Shown here in pieces: positions 9,415-18,287 of a DNA stretch of 32,000 nucleotides. The notes under the pieces are model-generated. The model searched no databases and was not told the origin of the DNA. It saw only the letters and a program-made list of their open reading frames with translations. This stretch comes from a virus. Numbering within the stretch: position 1 is the stretch's first letter; each line of letters begins with the position of its first letter. Location of the stretch: IMG/VR virus record IMGVR_UViG_3300045988_037317, positions 12,149 through 44,148 of that record. One strand, given 5' to 3'. A program made the position numbers and the translations under genes.

Positions 9415-10017
9415 ATGAATAAAGATGTTTGTTCTGCTTGCGATTCTTTGAAAGCTACAAGCAGTAATTTCATTCAAAAAGGTGTAACAGATGCTATTTG
9501 TGCAAATCTTAAAGCAAATCAAGGGTTTGAAAATAAGGGCCATAACAACTGTACAGATATGCACGATATGAACGATTGCTTATTAGGTGGGTTGTTAGAA
9601 AAGATTGATACATATGATGTTTGTGATGCAAAAGAAGCTATCAAAGATTTGGAAAAGAATTTAATCAGTATCATGGATGTAATGATTTGTTCTGATTGTG
9701 GACAATGGGAAGAAATCGAAAAGCTATGGGCAGAAATCCAAAAGATTTGGAATGCTATCAGAGATTTACAAAATAAGGTCGGAAAATTTGAAGGCAGCAT
9801 TGGAGATATGTACAGTGCGGTTGAAAAGATTCTTACAAATCTTAAAAACAGTGGAGCATGGAAACAAACAGGAGATACTGTATTTGAAGGAAAATTCAAT
9901 GACGGAAGAAGCATTGCTACAGGTAATATAAATATCTTTGGTGGTACTCCTGATGGAAATTCATACATCCGTACTAATAACGGAAGTTCTGAGAATGATT
10001 TGGCTGGTGGTGTTTAA
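9415..10017 (+). CDS. Hypothetical tail-tip/baseplate protein, Cys-motif paralog B, with a coiled-coil segment
   Basis: RBS taggagg. It shares the N-terminal Cys module with 8556..9401, followed by a heptad-like stretch WEEIEKLWAEIQKIWNAIRDLQNKV. Its TAA overlaps the next ATG. Confidence 0.6.
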   Translation: MNKDVCSACDSLKATSSNFIQKGVTDAICANLKANQGFENKGHNNCTDMHDMNDCLLGGLLEKIDTYDVCDAKEAIKDLEKNLISIMDVMICSDCGQWEEIEKLWAEIQKIWNAIRDLQNKVGKFEGSIGDMYSAVEKILTNLKNSGAWKQTGDTVFEGKFNDGRSIATGNINIFGGTPDGNSYIRTNNGSSENDLAGGV

Positions 10018-10733
10018 TGGCATGGCAAAACTTTCATGGAGCTTACGATAACACAGGGCCATACGCAAACGTAGTATTAGGTGGAAATCCAGGCGATACC
10101 GCAGACTTTGGATTCCCACTTGCTACCGCCCATGCAAAAGGCTATGGAAAAGGTATCAACTTTTCAGATGATGGAAACTATGGTGTTACGTTCACATTAG
10201 ATTTAGTTGGATATGGTGTAACGGATGCTGGTCAATATACAGGAAACGGAAAGTATGTACAGTATGGCGGAAGATACAACTATATTTTGATCATTAGCGT
10301 TTCTAACAACAATAAAGCCTCATGGAGAGAGATTTACAATCAAGTAATATTCTCTCATGCAGATACATGGCCATTAGCTTATTCATCAGGTTGGGAAACA
10401 GTAGCACAAAATAGTCAATGGAGTGGTAAGCTACAACTTCCGACAGATACAACACACGTTAAAGTTGAATTAAGAGGTGAAGATGCTACATTACCTTACG
10501 AGAATATATATTCTATTCAACAAGTTATCCCTGATTTTAGACCATGGGCAGTAAGAAAAGGTAAAGTGTTCTATTCTTTGGATAGAGCTACAGGATGGTT
10601 TAAAAAGAGAGTTAAAGGCTCCTGGGCCACTATTGGCAAATATAGTGCTGATAAAGCGAATAAAGAAAACCAAGGGTCAAGTAGAATCAGAAAAAATGGT
10701 AAATGGGTAGGACAAGGCAAAATTGGTAGTTAG
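10017..10733 (+). CDS. Hypothetical tail protein
   Basis: 238-aa ORF coupled to the upstream ORF (TAATG) and located inside the tail-tip module. No motif recognised. Confidence 0.5.
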   Translation: MAWQNFHGAYDNTGPYANVVLGGNPGDTADFGFPLATAHAKGYGKGINFSDDGNYGVTFTLDLVGYGVTDAGQYTGNGKYVQYGGRYNYILIISVSNNNKASWREIYNQVIFSHADTWPLAYSSGWETVAQNSQWSGKLQLPTDTTHVKVELRGEDATLPYENIYSIQQVIPDFRPWAVRKGKVFYSLDRATGWFKKRVKGSWATIGKYSADKANKENQGSSRIRKNGKWVGQGKIGS

Positions 10734-10741
10734 GAGTAAAT

Positions 10742-13033
10742 ATGATTCCTTACTTTGAAATATTAGAATTTGGAAAAGTTAAGAAAAGATTCAGAGAGGC
10801 TTTAAGCACAATCAGTTTTTCAAACGAGTTAATGACAGTACCTGAAATGCAAATCACAATTCCTAACGAATACTACGATTTAATCTCAGGAAGAAAAGAA
10901 ATGAGGGTAATCATGGATTGTGGAGTTTTCTACGGAATGATTACCAACTATAAACCCTCTGTAAGTGGTTTAAACATATCTCTAACGCATGTAATCAACG
11001 AATGGGAATACAGACAAGTCCCAACAAATTATGCGGTTAAAAACGCCCTTATAAAGAACGTATACGAAAGCGAAGATATGTATTATTCGACTCAGTGGAA
11101 GATGAATTTTGAAACTGAGATTGATAACGAAAAGATCGACTATGTTTATTCTAGACAATCTAAATTGGATGCACTTACTAAAACTTGTGAATTGACACAA
11201 TCTGTTTATTGGAGAGTTCCATTTACAAATGATAAGCAAGTTGAAGTTGGATATTTTGGAAAGAAACAACCTGTTATGCTTTCTAATAAACCAACGTTAG
11301 GAAGAAACTACAGAATCATTGGTGAGCCAACAATGGAAACCAATTTTTCGGATGTTATTAACTTAGCTACAGTTTATGCTAATAAATCTGATAGTGGTAT
11401 GTCCTCTTTGTCATTAAGAGAAGTATATAACGATAAAAGCTTACAGAACCCTAAGTTTCCTGTAGTTATTTTGAGATCAAACATAAATAACGAGCGTGAT
11501 TATGAATATGTAGACTTTCCTAAATTAGCTCCTAACAATCAATTGGAGTATTCGATTATTGATACGGAATCAGTTGGATATGAAAGCGGTGTATTCATTG
11601 AAGGAACATTTGCTTTTGATGATTTATCGCCATTTAGTCTAGAGGACATGACAAAAGACTCTAAAGACTATAAATGGGTAATTCCTAAAGAGCAAAGATT
11701 TTTGACGGATACAGAGGAAATAAACAATGCTAAAGCCTTATGGCACTCTTTAAAAGACATTTGGAGCAAATCTGCTATTGCTGCTTTATGTGGTTCGTGT
11801 CACGTAGAATCAACCTTAAACCCTAACTTGTATCAAATGGGTGATGTTCCTGATTCTCAAAAAGGATTTGGATTGGTTCAATGGACTCCGTACACACGAA
11901 TCACCAATTGGCTTGGTTCTCATGGATATTCAAGCTACACAATGTACGGAAAAGGGGAAGTAGCTAAGTTAGTTGAAGAATGGTCAACAAACGCTACAAA
12001 TGGGCCTTGGATTCCTACTCCTTCATATAACATCACATTCCAACAATGGTCACACATGGAAGCCGATATGAATTACATGGTAATGGCTTTTATGGCAGAT
12101 TATGAACGTGGTGATACATCTATTGATTTACAGTATCAAAAACGTATTGAATTTGCTCAACGTATTTATGGTTTGATTCCTGAATGGGAACAAGACGATA
12201 ACGGAACTACAACCGATACGGATAAAACACAATCTCGTCCTTGGAACGCTCAGAATTTTATCAACACATGGAATGGTCAATCTATCGACATGGATGGTGT
12301 GCCTCCTGAACAACCATATCAATGTGTAGATGCATGGAAAAAAGCGTTGCAAACATTAAATTATCCCGACCCTACAAGAGCTATTGGCGGTGATGGATAT
12401 GCAGATTACATTTGGTATAACAGAGATGAATTAGGCTATTCTCAATTCTTTGATTATGTTGATACACCTCAATTTGGCGATTGGTGCATATTCGGTAGAG
12501 GCGGTGACACACCTGCATCACACGTTGCAATGTACGTTTCAGATGCTGGTAATGGTAGAGCTAATTTCTTTGGCCAAAACCAACCTTATCCGTATTGCAA
12601 TACCACAACAATAAGTACATCAAATATCATTGGTATTTTCAGAGTAAAGAGTGTTTATGTACAACAGAACATTGACCCTGAGTCTACAAACGGAACTACT
12701 ATCATTACTGATAACGATAGAATTTATGCGGCCAAGGTTGTATATGATTGTGCCTGTAGAAAACTAATTAATGCAAGAAGAAAGTTTTCTATCAACACTT
12801 CTTGTGAAGCGTTGCCTAAAGAAGTAAATGTAGGTGATAGAATCAGATTTATTTATGATCTCAATTTATTGCAATTGGGAAGTTGTAACAGATACATGAA
12901 ACGTATTTTAAAGCAAGATGATTGGTTCTATATCACAAACCTACAAAGAGAAATAGATAAAACAGGAGTTGAAATAGACACATTGACTCTAGAGAAATTC
13001 CTAAGAACAGATAGAGACGGAAAGAGTGGTTAG
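10742..13033 (+). CDS. Tail-associated lysin (Tal-like) with lysozyme-like and CHAP peptidase domains
   Basis: 763 aa. A central segment AALCGSCHVESTLNPNLYQMGD...GFGLVQWTP resembles the phage tail lysozyme motif (ES..NP...G.GL.QW). It is followed by CHAP hallmarks: PYQCVDAWKKAL (Cys), GDWCIFGRGGDTPASHVAMYV (His) and FFGQNQ. Confidence 0.75.
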   Translation: MIPYFEILEFGKVKKRFREALSTISFSNELMTVPEMQITIPNEYYDLISGRKEMRVIMDCGVFYGMITNYKPSVSGLNISLTHVINEWEYRQVPTNYAVKNALIKNVYESEDMYYSTQWKMNFETEIDNEKIDYVYSRQSKLDALTKTCELTQSVYWRVPFTNDKQVEVGYFGKKQPVMLSNKPTLGRNYRIIGEPTMETNFSDVINLATVYANKSDSGMSSLSLREVYNDKSLQNPKFPVVILRSNINNERDYEYVDFPKLAPNNQLEYSIIDTESVGYESGVFIEGTFAFDDLSPFSLEDMTKDSKDYKWVIPKEQRFLTDTEEINNAKALWHSLKDIWSKSAIAALCGSCHVESTLNPNLYQMGDVPDSQKGFGLVQWTPYTRITNWLGSHGYSSYTMYGKGEVAKLVEEWSTNATNGPWIPTPSYNITFQQWSHMEADMNYMVMAFMADYERGDTSIDLQYQKRIEFAQRIYGLIPEWEQDDNGTTTDTDKTQSRPWNAQNFINTWNGQSIDMDGVPPEQPYQCVDAWKKALQTLNYPDPTRAIGGDGYADYIWYNRDELGYSQFFDYVDTPQFGDWCIFGRGGDTPASHVAMYVSDAGNGRANFFGQNQPYPYCNTTTISTSNIIGIFRVKSVYVQQNIDPESTNGTTIITDNDRIYAAKVVYDCACRKLINARRKFSINTSCEALPKEVNVGDRIRFIYDLNLLQLGSCNRYMKRILKQDDWFYITNLQREIDKTGVEIDTLTLEKFLRTDRDGKSG

Positions 13034-13035
13034 TT

Positions 13036-13530
13036 ATGGATATTAGTAAGGCGATAAATATATTAGCTGATAGTGTCTATGATTTGAAAGAAAAAGGAAG
13101 ATACAATTCCATTCAACGTAGAAACCATATAGTTGATTTTTATGGGTACGAGTTCCCTAGATGGGGATGTTCAAGTTCTAAACCAGCGGTAATAGGAATG
13201 TCAATTTCTCAGGATTTGATTTATTATGAGCGTTTTGAGTTTAAACTAGTAATAGATAATTCTACTGCTACAAACTTTAATGTTGAGATTGAAGGAATAG
13301 ACATGACACCATATTTCAAGCAGCAATTCAACGGAGCGTGGATTACAGGCAATGGACTATGGCCTGGGCAATACTCGAATTTTGATGTTCTTAAAGCTTG
13401 TGGATATCTTTCAGAGGATGAGAGAAATAGAATATTAGATCCAGGATATAAAACAATCAAAGTAACAGGAAACGGAAATTTTGATTGTACGTTAGTAAAT
13501 TATCTTAAATATAGTCATGTAAACAGATAA
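13036..13530 (+). CDS. Hypothetical tail/baseplate protein
   Basis: 164-aa ORF tightly packed after the tail lysin. No motif recognised. Confidence 0.45.
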   Translation: MDISKAINILADSVYDLKEKGRYNSIQRRNHIVDFYGYEFPRWGCSSSKPAVIGMSISQDLIYYERFEFKLVIDNSTATNFNVEIEGIDMTPYFKQQFNGAWITGNGLWPGQYSNFDVLKACGYLSEDERNRILDPGYKTIKVTGNGNFDCTLVNYLKYSHVNR

Positions 13531-13539
13531 GAGGTATCT

Positions 13540-13719
13540 ATGAATAGATATGAACAAAGGATTGAAAACCTATCAAATCATGTAAAACAAAATCCTAGAG
13601 ATTGGCAGTCTGCCATATCGCTATTGAAATTGAACAGTCAACAAATTGACTTTAAAAGAAAACAAAAACAACAGTCTGCTAGATTGTCTATCAAAGCATA
13701 CAAAAAGGAGGTTGTGTAG
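13540..13719 (+). CDS. Small hypothetical protein (59 aa)
   Basis: ATG 13540 follows gagg with a 5-nt spacer. TAG 13717-13719 abuts the next ATG at 13720. It fills an otherwise empty 190-nt gap and is below the track cutoff. Confidence 0.4.
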   Translation: MNRYEQRIENLSNHVKQNPRDWQSAISLLKLNSQQIDFKRKQKQQSARLSIKAYKKEVV

Positions 13720-14187
13720 ATGGAAAACAAATATAGCACTTCGGGAATTGGAGAAGATATTATCCGTAGTTTTACACAAATTGCAAGTGCAGAACTACAC
13801 GCTAAAACCTTATTAGAAAAACGTATTTCTGAGGTTGAAAACGGATTGATTAGTGAAGAAGAAATTCCTGATAATTTAGAAAAGATTGAAGCACTAAAGG
13901 ATGAAATTGATGATTATGCCAATATCAGACGTTCTCAAATGCTTTATCTATACAATTCTTTTGGTGGCAAAGGGGATAGAGAACAGTGGTGTTTAGTTAA
14001 ACATTTAAGTATGGCTATGTACACTGCATTTGAAGCGTATCAAGCTTCGGATAGAGACCCTGAATTATTGAATATTGCTTTGGAGATTAACAAGAAGTTC
14101 ATTGAAGCTTGCACTAAGTTCTTAGGTGTAGAAATTACTTCTTGTGCATCTTGTTTTGCAGACATTATGAAAGCTGGAGGAAAATAA
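13720..14187 (+). CDS. Hypothetical protein
   Basis: 155-aa ORF with RBS aaaggagg upstream. Predicted helical and acidic. No motif recognised. Confidence 0.5.
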   Translation: MENKYSTSGIGEDIIRSFTQIASAELHAKTLLEKRISEVENGLISEEEIPDNLEKIEALKDEIDDYANIRRSQMLYLYNSFGGKGDREQWCLVKHLSMAMYTAFEAYQASDRDPELLNIALEINKKFIEACTKFLGVEITSCASCFADIMKAGGK

Positions 14188-14188
14188 T

Positions 14189-14851
14189 ATGCAACCTGTA
14201 GTATGTAATAAAGATATGGCGGTAGTATTTCCTTTAAAAGACGGTGATTGTCAATTTTGGCTAGAAATCGTTGATTCTGTAAATGATATTACTAATCCAA
14301 GCAGAGACCATGCGTATGTGGATTCAAAAGGATTGTTCTATATCTACAACGGAAAAGAAATTCAAGTAATCAATGACCATGCGAATCTGAAAATCAAATG
14401 GGGAAATATGATTGGTGATATTTCTAATCAATTGGATTTAATGGAAATTCTAAATCAATTCGTAAAGACAATTTCTGTAAACGGGACAAACATTGCCAAA
14501 GACAACAAAAAAAACATTGCTATTCAAGTGCCTATCACAACTATTAAATTAGATGGAAATACAATTAGTCCTGTTGATTATATTGTCAATCTAGATTTAG
14601 CTAGTGTTTATGCAAAGAAAACTGAAATCCCTAAAAATGTATCTGAACTTCAAAATGATGCTGGATATATTAAACAAGAAGTTGTAGATCAATTAGTGCC
14701 TATCAAAACAATCAAGGTTAATAACGTAACGATACCGCCTGATGAAAACCATGCAGTAAATATTGAAGCGATTCGTTATAAAGTTGGAACTGCCGACCCT
14801 ACTACAACAAATTGTCCTAACGGATATTTCTACTTTCAGATAGGAGACTAA
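14189..14851 (+). CDS. Tail-fibre-like protein with three short beta-repeat units
   Basis: 220 aa with three related units: ISVNGTNIAKDNKKNIAIQV, IKLDGNTISPVDYIVNLDL and IKVNNVTIPPDENHAVNIE. These are reminiscent of fibre-shaft repeats in Gram-positive phages. Confidence 0.5.
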   Translation: MQPVVCNKDMAVVFPLKDGDCQFWLEIVDSVNDITNPSRDHAYVDSKGLFYIYNGKEIQVINDHANLKIKWGNMIGDISNQLDLMEILNQFVKTISVNGTNIAKDNKKNIAIQVPITTIKLDGNTISPVDYIVNLDLASVYAKKTEIPKNVSELQNDAGYIKQEVVDQLVPIKTIKVNNVTIPPDENHAVNIEAIRYKVGTADPTTTNCPNGYFYFQIGD

Positions 14852-14854
14852 TCT

Positions 14855-16345
14855 ATGGCTTATGTAGGTGGAGGATGGGAATTACTTGCAACCCATCTGA
14901 TTTGGACATACAGTGGCAAATGCAATATGTATTTCCAAGTATACGCACGGAGCGAACAAGATGCTATAAATAATAGGTCTACAGTCCATACAAGAACTAG
15001 GATTTTAGTTGAAAATAAAAACCCAAACTATTCAGGTTATCGTGTTGAACAAGATTGGTCAGCTGGTGTTACAGGAGCGCCGGATTACAGTAGCCATGCT
15101 ACATTAACAGATGGTGGAGCTGGTACAAGCAAGGAATATATTCTACATAATGGTTCATTTACTGTTAACCATGATTCTAATGGTAATGCATCAAGTGAAG
15201 TATATTATTGGTTTAACGGAACATATACAGGAGCTATAGGAAGTCCTACAAGCGCAAACGTAGTATACATTTCGCTTCCTAATATTGATAGAACTGCACC
15301 AAAAGCAACAATAAGCAATGTTGGAAGTACATACAATACAATGTACTGTACAATTTCTGTTCCGTTTTATTCTGAGGAAAACCAATGGAGTCGTGACGGG
15401 AAAACATGGACGGATTGGAATAAAGTAATAAATGCCGATACTCCTTTTGTAGATACATGGACAGGGTTAAAGCCGAACACAAAATACACTGGATATTATC
15501 GTTTTAAAAGGAAATACAATGGAGTTTGGAGTGAAGCGGTCGATTTTACTGCTACCACTAAATATCCTAATGCACCTTCAAAAGGAAGTGTTTCTTCAAG
15601 TTCGATAACATCCAACTCCGCAAAAGTTAGTTGGAGCGGATTCTCATTAGGAGATATGGCTACTGATTATTCTTATCAAACATCTAATGATGAAAATAAT
15701 TGGACAGACCGAGGAAAAGAAACAAGCTTGATCCTTGGCAATTTAAAGCCAAATACGAAGTATAAATTCTATGTAAGAATGGTTGATAACTATGGTCAAC
15801 CTTCGTTGGCAGCTAGTACATCATTTACGACGTTGAACCCTGAAAAACCAAATGTAGGTGGTATTGAATGTACACGGTTAACACCGTTTGGCGGTATGTT
15901 TTATTGGTATGGATTCTCTGTAAATGAAGGAGCTACAATAGATCATTACGAATATCCGCTAGACAATTCAAATTGGATTAATGTAGGAACTGATACGCAA
16001 ATTAATTTAGACAATTTAAGCCCTGAAACAAGTTATACATTATACGTTCGTGTAGTTGATAACTTCGGTTCTAAATCAGATAGTGCTACATTCGATTTTA
16101 AAACATTGGTTGACCAATTGAAGATTGCCTACAACTCAAATACGTATGAAGAAAACATCCTTACAAAAGGCGGAGTAGACATCTTAGCTAAGAATGGAGA
16201 TAACTTGATTGTTGATGTTCTTGGTAGAGAAAGGCTTAGAACTGCTAGAGTTTTCTACAACGATAACGGAGTAATAAAGAAAGTAAAAGCAGTTTATTTC
16301 AATAAGAAAGGTAAGATTCTACGTCATACAAACTATGGCAGTTAG
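14855..16345 (+). CDS. Fibre/receptor-binding-module protein with three fibronectin type III-like repeats
   Basis: 496 aa. It has three FN3-like units ending LKPNTKYTGYYRFKR...DFTATT, LKPNTKYKFYVRMVDNYG...SFTTL and LSPETSYTLYVRVVDNFG...DFKTL. Confidence 0.65.
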   Translation: MAYVGGGWELLATHLIWTYSGKCNMYFQVYARSEQDAINNRSTVHTRTRILVENKNPNYSGYRVEQDWSAGVTGAPDYSSHATLTDGGAGTSKEYILHNGSFTVNHDSNGNASSEVYYWFNGTYTGAIGSPTSANVVYISLPNIDRTAPKATISNVGSTYNTMYCTISVPFYSEENQWSRDGKTWTDWNKVINADTPFVDTWTGLKPNTKYTGYYRFKRKYNGVWSEAVDFTATTKYPNAPSKGSVSSSSITSNSAKVSWSGFSLGDMATDYSYQTSNDENNWTDRGKETSLILGNLKPNTKYKFYVRMVDNYGQPSLAASTSFTTLNPEKPNVGGIECTRLTPFGGMFYWYGFSVNEGATIDHYEYPLDNSNWINVGTDTQINLDNLSPETSYTLYVRVVDNFGSKSDSATFDFKTLVDQLKIAYNSNTYEENILTKGGVDILAKNGDNLIVDVLGRERLRTARVFYNDNGVIKKVKAVYFNKKGKILRHTNYGS

Positions 16346-16356
16346 GAGGTATATAA

Positions 16357-16563
16357 ATGGGTGTTAGAATTGCAGAATTGCCTTCAAGCAAAGGCATTTC
16401 AAAAACAGATTTAATTATCGTCCAAGATAATGAAGCTACCAAACAAGGTACAGTCCAACAATTAGATGATTCTTTAGGCGTAAGTAGGCTTAGAGAAGAA
16501 TTTGAAGCGTTGGGATTATCTGTAGACGAAGAAGGATATATTGTTCAGGAGGTACAAGAATAA
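16357..16563 (+). CDS. Small hypothetical protein (68 aa)
   Basis: RBS taggagg 8 nt upstream. Its TAA overlaps the ATG of the DGR target gene (TAATG). Confidence 0.5.
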   Translation: MGVRIAELPSSKGISKTDLIIVQDNEATKQGTVQQLDDSLGVSRLREEFEALGLSVDEEGYIVQEVQE

Positions 16564-17750
16564 TGGCAAAACACAAAATTTTAACGGATGAAACAGGAGA
16601 AAAAATTGTAAAAGCATTAAATATTATTGCTCAAAACGGAATTTCGCATCAATCAATGGATTGGCAGAAGGTAAGAACATTAATTGCAAATGGAGTTGGT
16701 GAAAGTGCGTTTGCTATTGGTACACAATTATTAGAGGATTGGACTGATACTGCGGACTCGAACAAGAAGTATACGTTGCCTTGGCAAGTCAATCATTTTG
16801 AGGATATGACTCTAGAGGACGGAGAAGTAGTCCCTGGAATGTGGTTGCAAACGCACTATACTTTACCTTTCGGAATTCAATTTTCGCATCAGAGAGCGTT
16901 TCTAGCGTGTCCTGATGGACTTAGTGCTGGTACTTACAATTTTGATTTTGCAAAGACATGGGGAAATAATGTTAAACCAGGAATTAACTACCAATTCACA
17001 TTAACTAATCCTGTAGAAAGAGGTGGTAGATTAGCTGGATGCTATGGAGCACCAGATACCGCACCTTCAAGTTGGAAGGTTTATTCATATGGAAAAGACG
17101 GGATTACATTAAACGAAACAGTCAATGTTACTGTTGGTAGTGGTGGAACAAATCTAGGAACAATCCCATATGATAGCCGAAGTGGAAATTTAAACTCAGT
17201 ACAAGAAATGGCATATGGATGGAACAGATGGAAAACATCTGCGTTACGACAATGGCTAAACTCAAGTAAGCCAAAAGGGCAGTGGTGGACACCTCAGGAT
17301 CAATGGGATATTTGTCCTGACCAATTAGCTTCTAAAGATGGATTCCTTTGTGGCATGCCTGATGAAATGCTAAATTGTTTAAAAAAAGTAAAGGTAGTTA
17401 CTTATGCTAATACCGTTAATGATGAAGGTGCAGAGGACATCACGTATGATTATGTTACGTTGCCTTCATTATCACAGATGTTCATTAAACCACAAACGAG
17501 CGGAGAAGGTGATGTACACACCTATTGGAAAAGAAGAAGCGGACGTACAACTCCATGCGAATGGTGGACAGATTATCCAAATATGGTTGAGTATTCAATT
17601 GCTAACAAAACATCACCTCAGGGCGTCCGGTTGCGTTCAGCCTCCCGAGGCGATGCTTGTCGTGCGTGGTTTGTGAGCACTAGTGGCTATGTCGGCGGCG
17701 GCGGCGCTTCTTTTGCGAGTCCGTTCGCCCCGCTTGTTTGTGTCGCATAA
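16563..17750 (+). CDS. DGR target protein (putative receptor-binding protein) with C-terminal variable region
   Basis: 395 aa and the last gene of the fibre module. The VR encodes the final 42 codons plus 2 nt of the preceding codon (...QGVRLRSASRGDACRAWFVSTSGYVGGGGASFASPFAPLVCVA). The upstream motifs SALRQWLN and EWW plus the LRS...W.V...G.V...PFAPL pattern resemble the C-type-lectin/FGE-like DGR target fold (from memory). Confidence 0.85.
   Translation: MAKHKILTDETGEKIVKALNIIAQNGISHQSMDWQKVRTLIANGVGESAFAIGTQLLEDWTDTADSNKKYTLPWQVNHFEDMTLEDGEVVPGMWLQTHYTLPFGIQFSHQRAFLACPDGLSAGTYNFDFAKTWGNNVKPGINYQFTLTNPVERGGRLAGCYGAPDTAPSSWKVYSYGKDGITLNETVNVTVGSGGTNLGTIPYDSRSGNLNSVQEMAYGWNRWKTSALRQWLNSSKPKGQWWTPQDQWDICPDQLASKDGFLCGMPDEMLNCLKKVKVVTYANTVNDEGAEDITYDYVTLPSLSQMFIKPQTSGEGDVHTYWKRRSGRTTPCEWWTDYPNMVEYSIANKTSPQGVRLRSASRGDACRAWFVSTSGYVGGGGASFASPFAPLVCVA
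17617..17741 (+). repeat. DGR variable repeat (VR)
   Basis: Aligns without gaps to 18288-18412 (offset 671). It differs at 17652, 17662, 17664, 17694, 17695, 17700, 17701, 17713, 17733 and 17740. It is 63% G+C (79/125 by my count) in an AT-rich genome. Confidence 0.9.
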
Positions 17751-17760
17751 ATCTAAAATC

Positions 17761-17782
17761 GGGGCAGACAACGTACTGCCCC
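17761..17782 (+). promoter_or_regulatory. GC-rich hairpin downstream of VR (candidate DGR target-recognition hairpin/cruciform)
   Basis: ggggcag-acaacgta-ctgcccc: a perfect 7-bp stem with an 8-nt loop, 20 nt after the VR end and 11 nt after the stop codon. No T-tract follows (ccccatgcaatg), so it is not a canonical intrinsic terminator. Confidence 0.55.
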
Positions 17783-17804
17783 ATGCAATGAAAGGAATCA
17801 TTAA

Positions 17805-18248
17805 ATGGCAACTAATGTAAATGAAAGAAATGTACCTGATACACCAACAAATAAAATGTTGGATTGTTTGTGGGAAGCTAGAAACTTGTCTTTGTATACT
17901 GTAAAGATTTGTTCAAACACAAACAATTTTCCGCCTGAGTATTATCAGACAATGACGGGTGACATGATTAAGAAGGCAAAAGATATATACAGGCTAGGAA
18001 AAAGAGCAAATGCAATCTATGTTCAAGGTAAGACAGGACATGAAAGATGGAAAGAACGCAGTAGATACCAACGTGAAGCCATTTTCCTTTGTATAGATTT
18101 ATTGTCTGATATAGATGTAGCTAAAACATTATTTAATATCCGTGGAAAACGTGTTAAATATTGGACTAAGCAAGTAGTAACAGTAAAGAGAATGTATATC
18201 GCATGGCATAATGCAGATAAAGAGCGATATGCAAAATATATCAATTAG
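17805..18248 (+). CDS. avd: Accessory variability determinant (Avd-like)
   Basis: 147-aa basic, predicted helical ORF (K/R-rich: KRANAIYVQGKTGHERWKERSRYQREAIF...KRVKYWTKQVVTVKRMYIAWHN). It sits in the canonical slot between VR and TR. RBS aaagga. Confidence 0.7.
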   Translation: MATNVNERNVPDTPTNKMLDCLWEARNLSLYTVKICSNTNNFPPEYYQTMTGDMIKKAKDIYRLGKRANAIYVQGKTGHERWKERSRYQREAIFLCIDLLSDIDVAKTLFNIRGKRVKYWTKQVVTVKRMYIAWHNADKERYAKYIN

Positions 18249-18287
18249 TAATTATTAATAAATACTAATACGGGATGTAGGTTGATT

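Noticed and set aside
17652-17662. Two T-to-G VR/TR mismatches considered as evidence that the repeat is an ordinary duplication rather than a DGR pair
   Set aside because: The other 8 of 10 mismatches fall on TR adenines, although adenines are only 17 of the 125 positions. Both AAC codons are fully converted and the gene context is canonical. The T>G changes are reported as an anomaly, not as a refutation.
17404-17676. 90-aa + strand ORF in an alternative frame inside the DGR target gene
   Set aside because: It is fully nested in a 395-aa ORF that has a good RBS and translational coupling. It has no RBS of its own, and its open frame is favoured by the GC-rich VR segment.
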